From contig JBAYFV010000001.1 in assembly GCA_041666985.1 (NCBI GenBank), forward strand, positions 1-40,002: a DNA stretch of 40,002 nt, in the 5' to 3' direction. Numbering within the stretch: the first letter of the stretch is position 1; each line of letters begins with the position of its first letter. The notes beneath the pieces are model-generated. The model did not search any database, was not told the origin of the DNA, and saw only the letters and a program-made list of their open reading frames with translations. The position numbers and the translations under genes are program-made. This document shows, in pieces, positions 8,999 to 16,816 of this stretch. The stretch comes from Victivallales bacterium. Its GTDB lineage: Bacteria > Verrucomicrobiota > Lentisphaeria > Victivallales > GWF2-50-93.

Positions 8999-9062
8999 GT
9001 TTGTAGTAGGCGTATTTATACGCCGTTCTTAAGAACGCGCAATAAATTGCGCTACTACGAAC
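8999..9062. repeat. Tail-to-tail REP doublet (D 8999-9030 plus, E 9031-9062 minus)
   Basis: GTTTGTAGTAG-GCGTA-TTTA-TACGC-CGTTCTT abuts AAGAACG-CGCAAT-AAA-TTGCGC-TACTACGAAC. The head of E supplies the TAG TAG stop of the cbiF-cbiG ORF. Confidence 0.75.
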
Positions 9063-10560
9063 GAAATCTTAGCACAGGTATGTCTGTTGACTTCATCTTT
9101 GTGCCAAGAGATACTGCTCCGAGAAATCTTTCAGACTTTATTTTGCCTGAACTTGCAATATGGAATAGATTGCTTTTTGATGAATAATGCTTATCGAAGA
9201 TATTCTCCGGAATCATCAACCCTATTTTCTTTCCCTCAAGAAGCATCGAGTTTAGCGTTTTTATCATCTCCGGATTTTCGACTCTCCATCCTTCAATTGC
9301 AGCCATTTCGTCGAATGCCATGAGATTCTGGACATCTGTGGCTGTCGTGATTACTGACTGTCCGCCCAGGGCTTCGGCTGCGAACTTCGCAAGTCTGTTT
9401 GCCCCGCCTATGTGTCCGCTGAGCAGGCTTACGGCATAGTTCCCTTTCTGATCGCAGGCGACTACCGCCGGATCCGTCGTCTTGCCTCCGACAAGTTTTG
9501 ATATCTTCCTCACAACAATTCCTGTCGCCATTATGAATATGTGCCCCTCGTATTTATTCCAATTGTCTTCCAGCGTCTTTGTGAATCCTTCGGCCTTGAA
9601 AAATTCCGCAGCGGAATTTTTAACCGAACTGTTCTTGAATCTTTCAGGAGCGAAAAGAACCCCGTGTTTCATGCACGACAAGAGTTTTTGTGCAGTCGAA
9701 ACTCCCTCTGCGGTTATTGCATAAACGGCTATCTTGCCTTGGAAATCTCCGATTCTCCGATTCTCCGGCTCTCCGTTTCGTTCTTCAACGGCTTTTCGAT
9801 AACCATGTGTGAATGCCGCATCATACAGAAGGGACTGCCCGCATTTTTTCCTGTCGAGGGCGTCGCCGACAATTATCATTGCCTGACGTTCAATGCCGGC
9901 CCTTTTTGTTTTCCCTGAAATATTTGAAAGATTGCCCCGGACGATTTTTTCTTCCTTCCATGATGCCCTGTAAACGACTTGGGCCGGAGTTTCGGGGGAA
10001 TAGCCGCCGCGTACCAGTTCATCCGTAAGGTTTTTCACGCCTCCTGCGGACAGGAAGATGCACATTGTCGCGCCGTGTCTTGCGAGATTCGCAATTTCCT
10101 GTCCAGGCGGAACAGGCGTTCTTCCGGCCTGTCGTGTAAGAATGACAGTCTGGGATACGCCCGGTGCGGTGAGCTCCGTCTTAAGTGCGGCGGCGGAAGC
10201 GAACACCGAGCTTACTCCGGGAATGACCTCATAAGGAATTTTGAACTTGTCCAGCTCCGTCATCTGTTCTGCGATTGCCCCGTAAATGGCGGGATCGCCG
10301 GTATGAAGCCTTACCACTCTTTTCCCTGCTTTATGGCTTTTTTGCATTATTTTAATAATTTCGCGCAGCGAAATTATTGCGCTGTCGACGATTCTGCATT
10401 TGCACCCTGCATATTTCAAAATCTCAGGATTGACAAGTGAACCGGCATAAACGATAAGATCGGCCTCCTGTATTGCCTTCAGGCAGCGCAAGGTGATCAG
10501 ATCAGGCGCCCCGGGCCCGGCTCCGGCGAATACTATTTTGTGATTTGGTGATTTACTCAT
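9055..10560 (-). CDS. cbiF: Precorrin-4 / cobalt-precorrin-4 C11-methyltransferase (CbiF) fused to the CbiG N-terminal and middle domains
   Basis: 'IVFAGAGPGAPDLITLRCLKAIQEADLIVYAGSLV', 'RLHTGDPAIYGAIAEQM' and 'IPGVSSVFASAAAL' are CbiF motifs. 'FIMATGIVVRKISKLVGGKTTDPAVVACDQKGNYAVSLLSGHIGGANRLAKFAAEALGGQSVITTATD' is CbiG_N. The protein ends '..VLRFRS', with the last codons and the stop inside a REP head. Confidence 0.85.
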   Translation of the reverse strand: MSKSPNHKIVFAGAGPGAPDLITLRCLKAIQEADLIVYAGSLVNPEILKYAGCKCRIVDSAIISLREIIKIMQKSHKAGKRVVRLHTGDPAIYGAIAEQMTELDKFKIPYEVIPGVSSVFASAAALKTELTAPGVSQTVILTRQAGRTPVPPGQEIANLARHGATMCIFLSAGGVKNLTDELVRGGYSPETPAQVVYRASWKEEKIVRGNLSNISGKTKRAGIERQAMIIVGDALDRKKCGQSLLYDAAFTHGYRKAVEERNGEPENRRIGDFQGKIAVYAITAEGVSTAQKLLSCMKHGVLFAPERFKNSSVKNSAAEFFKAEGFTKTLEDNWNKYEGHIFIMATGIVVRKISKLVGGKTTDPAVVACDQKGNYAVSLLSGHIGGANRLAKFAAEALGGQSVITTATDVQNLMAFDEMAAIEGWRVENPEMIKTLNSMLLEGKKIGLMIPENIFDKHYSSKSNLFHIASSGKIKSERFLGAVSLGTKMKSTDIPVLRFRS

Positions 10561-10599
10561 TGGGATATGTTTCTTTAAGTTAGTAATTTTTTCATGCGC

Positions 10600-11826
10600 C
10601 TATTTCCCATACACGAAAATATCGACTGAATTCTCCGATTTCATAAGCCTGGATGAGCCTAGTTTTGAAGAGCGGCTGACAGATATGCTCACAGCCTCCA
10701 TGAAATTCTTTTTCAGGCATTTTGTAAGCTCGGCTTTTGTCTCAAGCAGGACTGCGGTGACAACCAGTCGGCCGCCGGGAAGGAGCTTTTTAAATGACTT
10801 TTCAGCGATTTTTCTGATGTCTTTTCCCCCGCCGCCTATGAAAATACATCTTGGACGCGGGGTTGGTTTTGTTATGAGCTCCAAGGCGTCGCCCTTGATT
10901 GCTTCAACATTTGAAACACCGAACTCATCAATATTCTTTTGAAGCTGACTGAACCTTTCAGCATCAGATTCTACAGCTTTCACCGTGATATCGCTGCAGA
11001 GGGATGCCGCTTCAATTCCGACCGATCCGCTGCCAGCCCCGATATCCCACATTGCGCCGGGTCCGATTTTGAGTTTTGAAAGGACTACGGTCCTGACTTC
11101 GGAATGCGTTATCATGCGGTTCTCATGGATGAATTCAGAATCGTCAAGACCGAGCGAGATGCTGCTGTCGATGATATCCTCATTTGGTGGCAGGAGGAGT
11201 ATTGAGAGTCCGCCGACCTTTTGTCTTGTTAAATTTTTCAGGGTTCCTCTGAAAATTTTCTCCTCGTCCATTCCGAGATTTTCGGCAATCACAGCCTGTC
11301 TTTTTCCGCATTCGGGGAATTTATTTACTAGTTCTGTGGCAAGATTCGAGGCTGTGATTTTATCGTCGCAATATGCGACCGCCTTGTTTGAATTGAGAAT
11401 GTTCCTGCAGGGGGCTTTCTTTCCGCCGTGGACGGTGAAAAGGCTTGCGTCATGCCATGACATCTTGAGTTTTGAAAAGAGATACTGCATCGCGGAAATA
11501 TTCGGGATGATCTCGATTTCGGAATCCTTGAAGTGGGAACTGAGTTTTGAGCCTATCCCATGGAAAAGAGGATCTCCAGAAGCGAGAATGGCGATGTGTG
11601 TATGTTCTGACAGTTTCTTGAGCTCTGAAATCACTTCGAGTATTCGGGCCTTGATCACGATCTTCCGTCCTTTGAATTCGGGGAAGAAATCCAGCAGTCT
11701 TTCCCCGCCGGCAATGACATCGGCCTGCAGTACCTTGTCCCTGGTGTGAGGTGAGATGCATTCCGGTGATATGCCGCATCCGACAACAGTCACATTGATT
11801 TTTCTACTCATTTGAAACACCTGCAA
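10600..11826 (-). CDS. cbiET: Cobalt-precorrin-6B/7 C5,C15-methyltransferase/decarboxylase (CbiE-CbiT fusion, CobL-like)
   Basis: CbiE motifs: 'VTVVGCGISPE..ADVIAGGERLL', 'ILASGDPLFHGIGSKL'. CbiT SAM site: 'MWDIGAGSGSVGIEAA'. The start could instead be the ATG at 11811. Confidence 0.85.
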   Translation of the reverse strand: MQVFQMSRKINVTVVGCGISPECISPHTRDKVLQADVIAGGERLLDFFPEFKGRKIVIKARILEVISELKKLSEHTHIAILASGDPLFHGIGSKLSSHFKDSEIEIIPNISAMQYLFSKLKMSWHDASLFTVHGGKKAPCRNILNSNKAVAYCDDKITASNLATELVNKFPECGKRQAVIAENLGMDEEKIFRGTLKNLTRQKVGGLSILLLPPNEDIIDSSISLGLDDSEFIHENRMITHSEVRTVVLSKLKIGPGAMWDIGAGSGSVGIEAASLCSDITVKAVESDAERFSQLQKNIDEFGVSNVEAIKGDALELITKPTPRPRCIFIGGGGKDIRKIAEKSFKKLLPGGRLVVTAVLLETKAELTKCLKKNFMEAVSISVSRSSKLGSSRLMKSENSVDIFVYGK

Positions 11827-11835
11827 ATTATACGA

Positions 11836-11905
11836 GTTGTGGCAGCGTCACTCTGTTGACGCTGTTTCAAGTTACAGTACGCCAACAGAGTGGCGTGGCT
11901 ACAGC
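11836..11905. repeat. Tail-to-tail REP-like doublet with covarying stems
   Basis: Unit F (11836-11864) is GTTGTGGCA-GCGTCA-CTCTGT-TGACGC. The reverse complement of unit G (11875-11905) is GCTGTAGCC-ACGCCA-CTCTGT-TGGCGT. The loops are identical and the stem changes are compensatory. Confidence 0.65.
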
Positions 11906-11995
11906 AATGCCAGGCAAATTTTATACAAGTGCTCTCATTCGCGCTTTCTCGTGATGTTGGGAGCCGTAAAGAAATAACCATAGCGTGTTTCGCGG

Positions 11996-13129
11996 TTAAA
12001 TCTTATTTCTTTTGACGACAGTTTTTCCATCCGCATCAAAAACTACAACCTCGATATTTGAAGATTCCGTCCAGTCCAGGAAATTCCCGAGTGCTTTTCC
12101 GGCAAGTTCGTTCACCATCTTCAATGCCGGGTCTGGTTTGATGAAGTCCAGTATCTCCCTGACTGTGGCAGAGCCTTTGATTTTTTCAACAGTCTGTCCG
12201 CTGAATCCAAGGCTTTCCGCGAACTTCGCAAGACCGCCGAACTGTTGTTTGACGTTATGGGCATGCGTGTTTTTGTGGCCCTCCGCATATTTGAGGAGTT
12301 TTCCGGGCATGCAGGCGATGGTGATCTTGTCGAAGCCGAGAGATGAGGCGAATTTTATTGCCGGATTTATGAAGTCCCCTATCCTTATTATGCCTATTTC
12401 AGGAATCTCAGGATATGTTTTTCCAACGGCTTTTGCAGTACTGCCGCCCGTACACAGGGCGATATGACTGATTCCCTCCATTTTTGCGCCCTGCAAAAGA
12501 ATCTTGACGGTTTTAATGTAGGCTTTGTTGGAATAGGGGACCACTATGCCGCTTGTCCCGAGAATTGATATGCCGCCCTTGATGCCAAGAGTGGGATTGA
12601 GCGTCCTTTTCGCAATCTTCCCCCCGTTTTTCACGGAAATCTCCAGGAGGAAAAGTCCGCTTGTCTTGTATTTGCAGGCCAGGATATTGTCCGCCAGCAT
12701 TTTTCTCGGCACTGGATTTATCGCCCATTTCCCCTCGGGAACAGGCAGTCCCTTCCTTGTGACCAGGCCGACTCCTTTTCCACCCCTTATGACGAAGGCG
12801 GAATTTAGGATATCCGCAGTGAAATCCCTGGTGGTGATGTTGCGGGCGGGCAGCGGAGATATTTCCACGGTTATCAACGCCTTGTGGGTGACATCCGGAT
12901 CGTCTCCGGCATCTTTTATGACTGACGCAGTTGCGGTTTTCGTTTTGTCATTCATCTCGGCGCTTTTCACCGGAAGCGAATGTTTCTTCCTGTCAGGGAA
13001 TATGACGCTTATCTCGTCATGAACCTCCTCGCCGTTGAAGAGCATCCATGCGGCCTTCGCGGCGGCGGTTGCACATGCGCCGGTTGTGAACCCCGTCTTC
13101 AGTTTTTTTGTGGATGTTTTTCTGTTCAT
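11996..13129 (-). CDS. cbiD: Cobalt-precorrin-5B C1-methyltransferase
   Basis: 'KLKTGFTTGACATAAAKAAWMLF' and 'LGIKGGISILGTSGIVVPYS' are characteristic CbiD motifs. Confidence 0.9.
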   Translation of the reverse strand: MNRKTSTKKLKTGFTTGACATAAAKAAWMLFNGEEVHDEISVIFPDRKKHSLPVKSAEMNDKTKTATASVIKDAGDDPDVTHKALITVEISPLPARNITTRDFTADILNSAFVIRGGKGVGLVTRKGLPVPEGKWAINPVPRKMLADNILACKYKTSGLFLLEISVKNGGKIAKRTLNPTLGIKGGISILGTSGIVVPYSNKAYIKTVKILLQGAKMEGISHIALCTGGSTAKAVGKTYPEIPEIGIIRIGDFINPAIKFASSLGFDKITIACMPGKLLKYAEGHKNTHAHNVKQQFGGLAKFAESLGFSGQTVEKIKGSATVREILDFIKPDPALKMVNELAGKALGNFLDWTESSNIEVVVFDADGKTVVKRNKI

Positions 13130-13238
13130 CTTGTTTTATGTTCCTGTCATATTAAAACATGCTGGCTTCAAATTCCAAACCTCAATCTCCAATAATCAAA
13201 CAATATTTATAGGTGTCCTTAGTCCAGTTCATGAAAAA

Positions 13239-14438
13239 CTAACTGATTAGTGATTTTCCGCTAAGCTTCCAGAGCAATGTCAAACCAATAGTGGTGTTCG
13301 TCCAGCCAGTGTAAATACTCCCGCTGCCGCCTTCGTAACGATCACCGCCACCCCATGTTTTAGCATTTAGATCATACATGCCGCGCCAGCAGCCGGCAAA
13401 GGAATCCTGGGTGGAGAAATCTTGGATTTTAAGCAAAAGCTGTAACATTTTGCCTAAGTTTTCTTGCACTATGGAACTTTTGGTAAGTTCAAAAAGCCCT
13501 TGCAACGCCATCGCAGCCCAGTTCATTGTGTAAATAGTGTCAACCAGGTGCACCCCTACGGGCGACTCACGGTGTTCTGCCGGCAAATTACCTGTGTCCG
13601 GATCAATTTTTTCCATCAATAAGTCGCCCAATCTGACAGCTAAATCAGTGTAAAGGGAATCACCCAGTTTTTTTGCACAATAACTACAGGCCAAGAGGGC
13701 ATAAGCCTGCTCGCTGGCAATGAGATTCCTGGCTTCTGCAGCGATATGTTCTTGGTAACGGCGAATTTCAAATACATATTCCGCCCTGGGCCTGACGGCA
13801 TTGGCGCTAGCCAGCGCTAATGAAACCAGGGATCCCCAATGTGGAAGATCATAATGCCCCCGCCATATCGCCTGCGGGTCTTTCCAATTCCCGGAGGCGC
13901 TGGCTTGGCCGAAGGTGCGGTTAGCCGCCACCGCTAACTCGTCAGCAAGGGACAATGCCCAGGAAGTACACCTGTATTTTTCGTCCAGTTCGGGGTAGTT
14001 TTTAGCAATCGCCAATTGGATGAAGATACACCAGGAGTTGTCGTCAAAATAGACTGTTGGCTCCCATTTGATATGCGACCAATTCCAACTGCCGATAGGA
14101 TATTTGGCATCATAACGATTGAGCAGTCCGCTCCGAAAATAAAGAAAATCTAAAATATTTTCACCAATCTGCCGATATTGAGCATCCAGTCTGCCGGCCT
14201 CAAGGAAATACCAGGCGGCTTCAAAGCAACAATCGGCCCGCCGTTGCTCGATAATGTAATAATTGTCATGTTTAGTCCAGGCGGGAAAGGCCTTCAGCAT
14301 TTCTTCAATCGCCTCGTTTTGAGCTACCGCCACCCGTTCCGCCACTCCCCAACTGCCGTCTGCGGGTAACATTACTCCTGAACGTTTGAACCATTCCAAA
14401 TTACGCACAACGGCACTCTTCATTAATTCTTTATTCAT
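13239..14438 (-). CDS. Hypothetical alpha/alpha-toroid-like protein (six-hairpin / terpenoid-cyclase-like fold suspected)
   Basis: Helix-rich with periodic W/Y/G segments ('GCWRGMYDLNAKTWGGGDRYEGGSGSIYTGWTN'). I chose the ATG at 14438, which forms an ATGA overlap with the upstream stop and has GGAAG upstream. The ORF-track start is 14450. Confidence 0.55.
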   Translation of the reverse strand: MNKELMKSAVVRNLEWFKRSGVMLPADGSWGVAERVAVAQNEAIEEMLKAFPAWTKHDNYYIIEQRRADCCFEAAWYFLEAGRLDAQYRQIGENILDFLYFRSGLLNRYDAKYPIGSWNWSHIKWEPTVYFDDNSWCIFIQLAIAKNYPELDEKYRCTSWALSLADELAVAANRTFGQASASGNWKDPQAIWRGHYDLPHWGSLVSLALASANAVRPRAEYVFEIRRYQEHIAAEARNLIASEQAYALLACSYCAKKLGDSLYTDLAVRLGDLLMEKIDPDTGNLPAEHRESPVGVHLVDTIYTMNWAAMALQGLFELTKSSIVQENLGKMLQLLLKIQDFSTQDSFAGCWRGMYDLNAKTWGGGDRYEGGSGSIYTGWTNTTIGLTLLWKLSGKSLIS

Positions 14439-16003
14439 AGATGCTTCCATTCTAATGCTATTTTCTGGTTAATAAGGAGCGCCTGGAACTCCTTTAGGAT
14501 TTTAGGCGTTCCGGCGACTTGTGCCGGTAAATATTTATGTTGCAGGCAAAATGCCGCCAATAAACCGACGGATTCGCCAATATTCCACTCCACCGGATGG
14601 AGACGATAACAACCATTGCTGATATGGGTGGCGCCAATATTTTTACATGCGGGGAGTAGATTTTTGATTCTCACGGGAATTAAACTCCGCAAAGGAATTT
14701 GAAATGGCACGGCGGATAAGTGGACATAGTTGTGTCCGTTGGCTGAAGGATGTAAATCAATGGAATAAGAGCCGATACCGACACTGTCCTCAAACCACGG
14801 CAGCGCATGATCGCCCAGCAACTCTTTGCTCACGTCCCGCTCGGTAATGGTATATTTGGCGCGGATTCGCCGGGACTCTCTAATGTATGGAGCCTTGGCT
14901 AAGCCATACTCGGCACCCGTAATGTCCGGCCTTGGATATAATCCGGGATAACCGGTTCCCCCGTCTGGGCGAGGGGCCTCGGTTTGCATCCAGTAGAACA
15001 AACTCAAAGTCAACTCTTTGGCTGCTTGAAGATGTTTTTGCACTTCCTCTTCTGTTTTATCAATGATGTTGCCATTAAAATAATCATTTTGCGGCCAGTT
15101 AATCAAAGTCACTTCGTCGGCGGGTTGATCGTAATGTTCCCTGGCAACTAACCTGCGATAACGCCACAAGTCATAGGTGTCTGAAGGGTTCAATGGATAT
15201 TCCATAAGACCAAGACCGCCAAGTTTAGGCTGCAGTGTCCACGGCTGTGAATAGGTCCAGCTAAGTTGTTTGCCTGACCATTCCGGTGCCATTGACGGAC
15301 GGAAATCACGCCAAAACGCGTAATTCACGGGTTTATCAATAACATGGTTTGCTCCATGATGGTATCCGGCGGCCATACACCAGACAAAAGATTGAACGTT
15401 ATCTTTTTGAGCAGGCCCCGCTACTGCGTGCGGTTCATTGGTTTCAGTTATGGACTCCGCACCGCTGACGTATTCCACTTGGGCCATAGGCAGCAAATCG
15501 CCTAATTCTGTAGCGTCAATTATATATTTGGCCTGAATGCAGGACAGCTCGCCGTTTTTTAGATTTTTGATCGTAATATTGGAAATCTTATCATTATTCA
15601 CTTCCGCATTAACGGATTTTGAGAGAAACATGATTTTAAGCTTGTTCTTAAGCATTTCATTCAATACCACCGTCCCGACCCTGGGCTCGAAACACAATTT
15701 TGACACACTGCCTTGTCCAGGGTTAAGCCATTGGTCATTCATCGCCGCCTGATTTAGAGGATAGTGTTTTCTATAATATTCCCTGACTAGCGTCCGGAAC
15801 TCCCGGTAACGTCCAGTGCCGCCATAAGTTTCAATGGCGGTATTCTCATCAGGAGGAACCGCTTGGGATGTCAACTGCCCCCCAACCCAATCCGTTTCTT
15901 CAGTCATAATGACTGACAATCCCATTTCCGTAGCGCCTAGTGCTGCCGCGCAACCGCCCGTGCCTCCACCAACAATTAACACATCTGCATTGCACTCATT
16001 CAT
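14435..16003 (-). CDS. FAD-dependent oxidoreductase (FAD_oxidored / PF12831-like)
   Basis: Dinucleotide-binding N-terminus 'DVLIVGGGTGGCAAALGATEMGLSVIMTEETDWVGGQLTSQAVPPDE'. Confidence 0.8.
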   Translation of the reverse strand: MNECNADVLIVGGGTGGCAAALGATEMGLSVIMTEETDWVGGQLTSQAVPPDENTAIETYGGTGRYREFRTLVREYYRKHYPLNQAAMNDQWLNPGQGSVSKLCFEPRVGTVVLNEMLKNKLKIMFLSKSVNAEVNNDKISNITIKNLKNGELSCIQAKYIIDATELGDLLPMAQVEYVSGAESITETNEPHAVAGPAQKDNVQSFVWCMAAGYHHGANHVIDKPVNYAFWRDFRPSMAPEWSGKQLSWTYSQPWTLQPKLGGLGLMEYPLNPSDTYDLWRYRRLVAREHYDQPADEVTLINWPQNDYFNGNIIDKTEEEVQKHLQAAKELTLSLFYWMQTEAPRPDGGTGYPGLYPRPDITGAEYGLAKAPYIRESRRIRAKYTITERDVSKELLGDHALPWFEDSVGIGSYSIDLHPSANGHNYVHLSAVPFQIPLRSLIPVRIKNLLPACKNIGATHISNGCYRLHPVEWNIGESVGLLAAFCLQHKYLPAQVAGTPKILKEFQALLINQKIALEWKHL

Positions 16004-16014
16004 TGTTTTTAACC

Positions 16015-16734
16015 TTATTTAGACAAAAGTTCTTTCAATACTCCGGGATAAGTGTCTCCTGTAGCGGTTCCATGTCCGGCCATGCCGACTCCATAAGTTA
16101 TGCTGTCGCCGAGACAGGCGATCCGCTCGCAGTGCAGTTTCATACGGTCAATTTCGGCTTTGATTATTTCCGCCAGTTTTCGGTATCCCGCCGCATTGGG
16201 ATGCACACCGTCTTTTCCCCCGCCGTTTTCAGGGTTGCGGATTAGCGAATCCTTTCCGGATGTCCCGTTTTTTTTGATCTCGGAAGCAAAATCGACCAGC
16301 GGTAATTTATATTCTGCCGCCAATTTTTTGATGATCTCGTTGGCGCGGTCAAGCCGGATGTTGGGCATGAGATCACCGTAGGCCTCTCGAGCGTGGCGCA
16401 GGAGCAGCAACTTTTCATTGCATGGCGGAAGCGTCACTAGCATGACTTCGCATTTTATCTTCTGGAAAATTTCTATCGTTATACGAAGATTTTTCTCGTA
16501 GGTTTCAGGGGTGGTTAGTATTTTTGAATTTACCGTGTCATTGGTGCCGATAAAAACAATTGCCAGGTCTGGAATTTGCTGTAGCGCCTGCGGCAATTCA
16601 CGCTTCAACAAAATATTGGAGCTTGCGCCGCAGATTCCGTAGTTGACTATTTCAGCAGACCTGACTTCTGCAGCGTGGAAAGCAAACGCCGCAAAGAGAG
16701 GAAATAAAAACTGTTTCATTCCAGGCATATCCAT
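16015..16734 (-). CDS. Secreted SGNH/GDSL-family hydrolase with permuted block order (II-III-V-I)
   Basis: Signal peptide 'MKQFLFPLFAAFAFHAAEV'. Block II 'VNYGICGASS', block III 'FIGTNDT', block V 'DGVHPNAAGY', then block I 'IACLGDSITYG' at the extreme C-terminus. The ATG at 16734 has AAGG upstream, and the ORF-track start at 16746 is a TTG. Confidence 0.7.
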   Translation of the reverse strand: MDMPGMKQFLFPLFAAFAFHAAEVRSAEIVNYGICGASSNILLKRELPQALQQIPDLAIVFIGTNDTVNSKILTTPETYEKNLRITIEIFQKIKCEVMLVTLPPCNEKLLLLRHAREAYGDLMPNIRLDRANEIIKKLAAEYKLPLVDFASEIKKNGTSGKDSLIRNPENGGGKDGVHPNAAGYRKLAEIIKAEIDRMKLHCERIACLGDSITYGVGMAGHGTATGDTYPGVLKELLSK

Positions 16735-16816
16735 AAACCTTTTCAAATTTTATGTTCTTTTACTTTTACCCTCGCACTATCTCGGACGCACAGCCTCCGT
16801 ATTGGTTGCCTTTATT

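Larger units (their letters stand above)
8280..9062 (-). mobile_element. REP-RAYT cassette: RAYT gene with flanking REP doublets, bounded by inverted GTTCGTAGTAG heads
   Basis: The head GTTCGTAGTAG sits at 8280-8290 on the plus strand and as its reverse complement at 9052-9062. Total length is 783 bp (3 x 261). It contains five REP units and the RAYT ORF. Confidence 0.7.

Noticed and set aside
13130-13238. Possible cobalamin riboswitch upstream of cbiD (also checked 6109-6222 upstream of cbiA and 11827-11995)
   Set aside because: The gaps are only about 110-170 nt. None contains a B12-box-like GCCACTG core or the GGTG..AA.TCC elements. The 11.8-kb gap is explained by a REP doublet.
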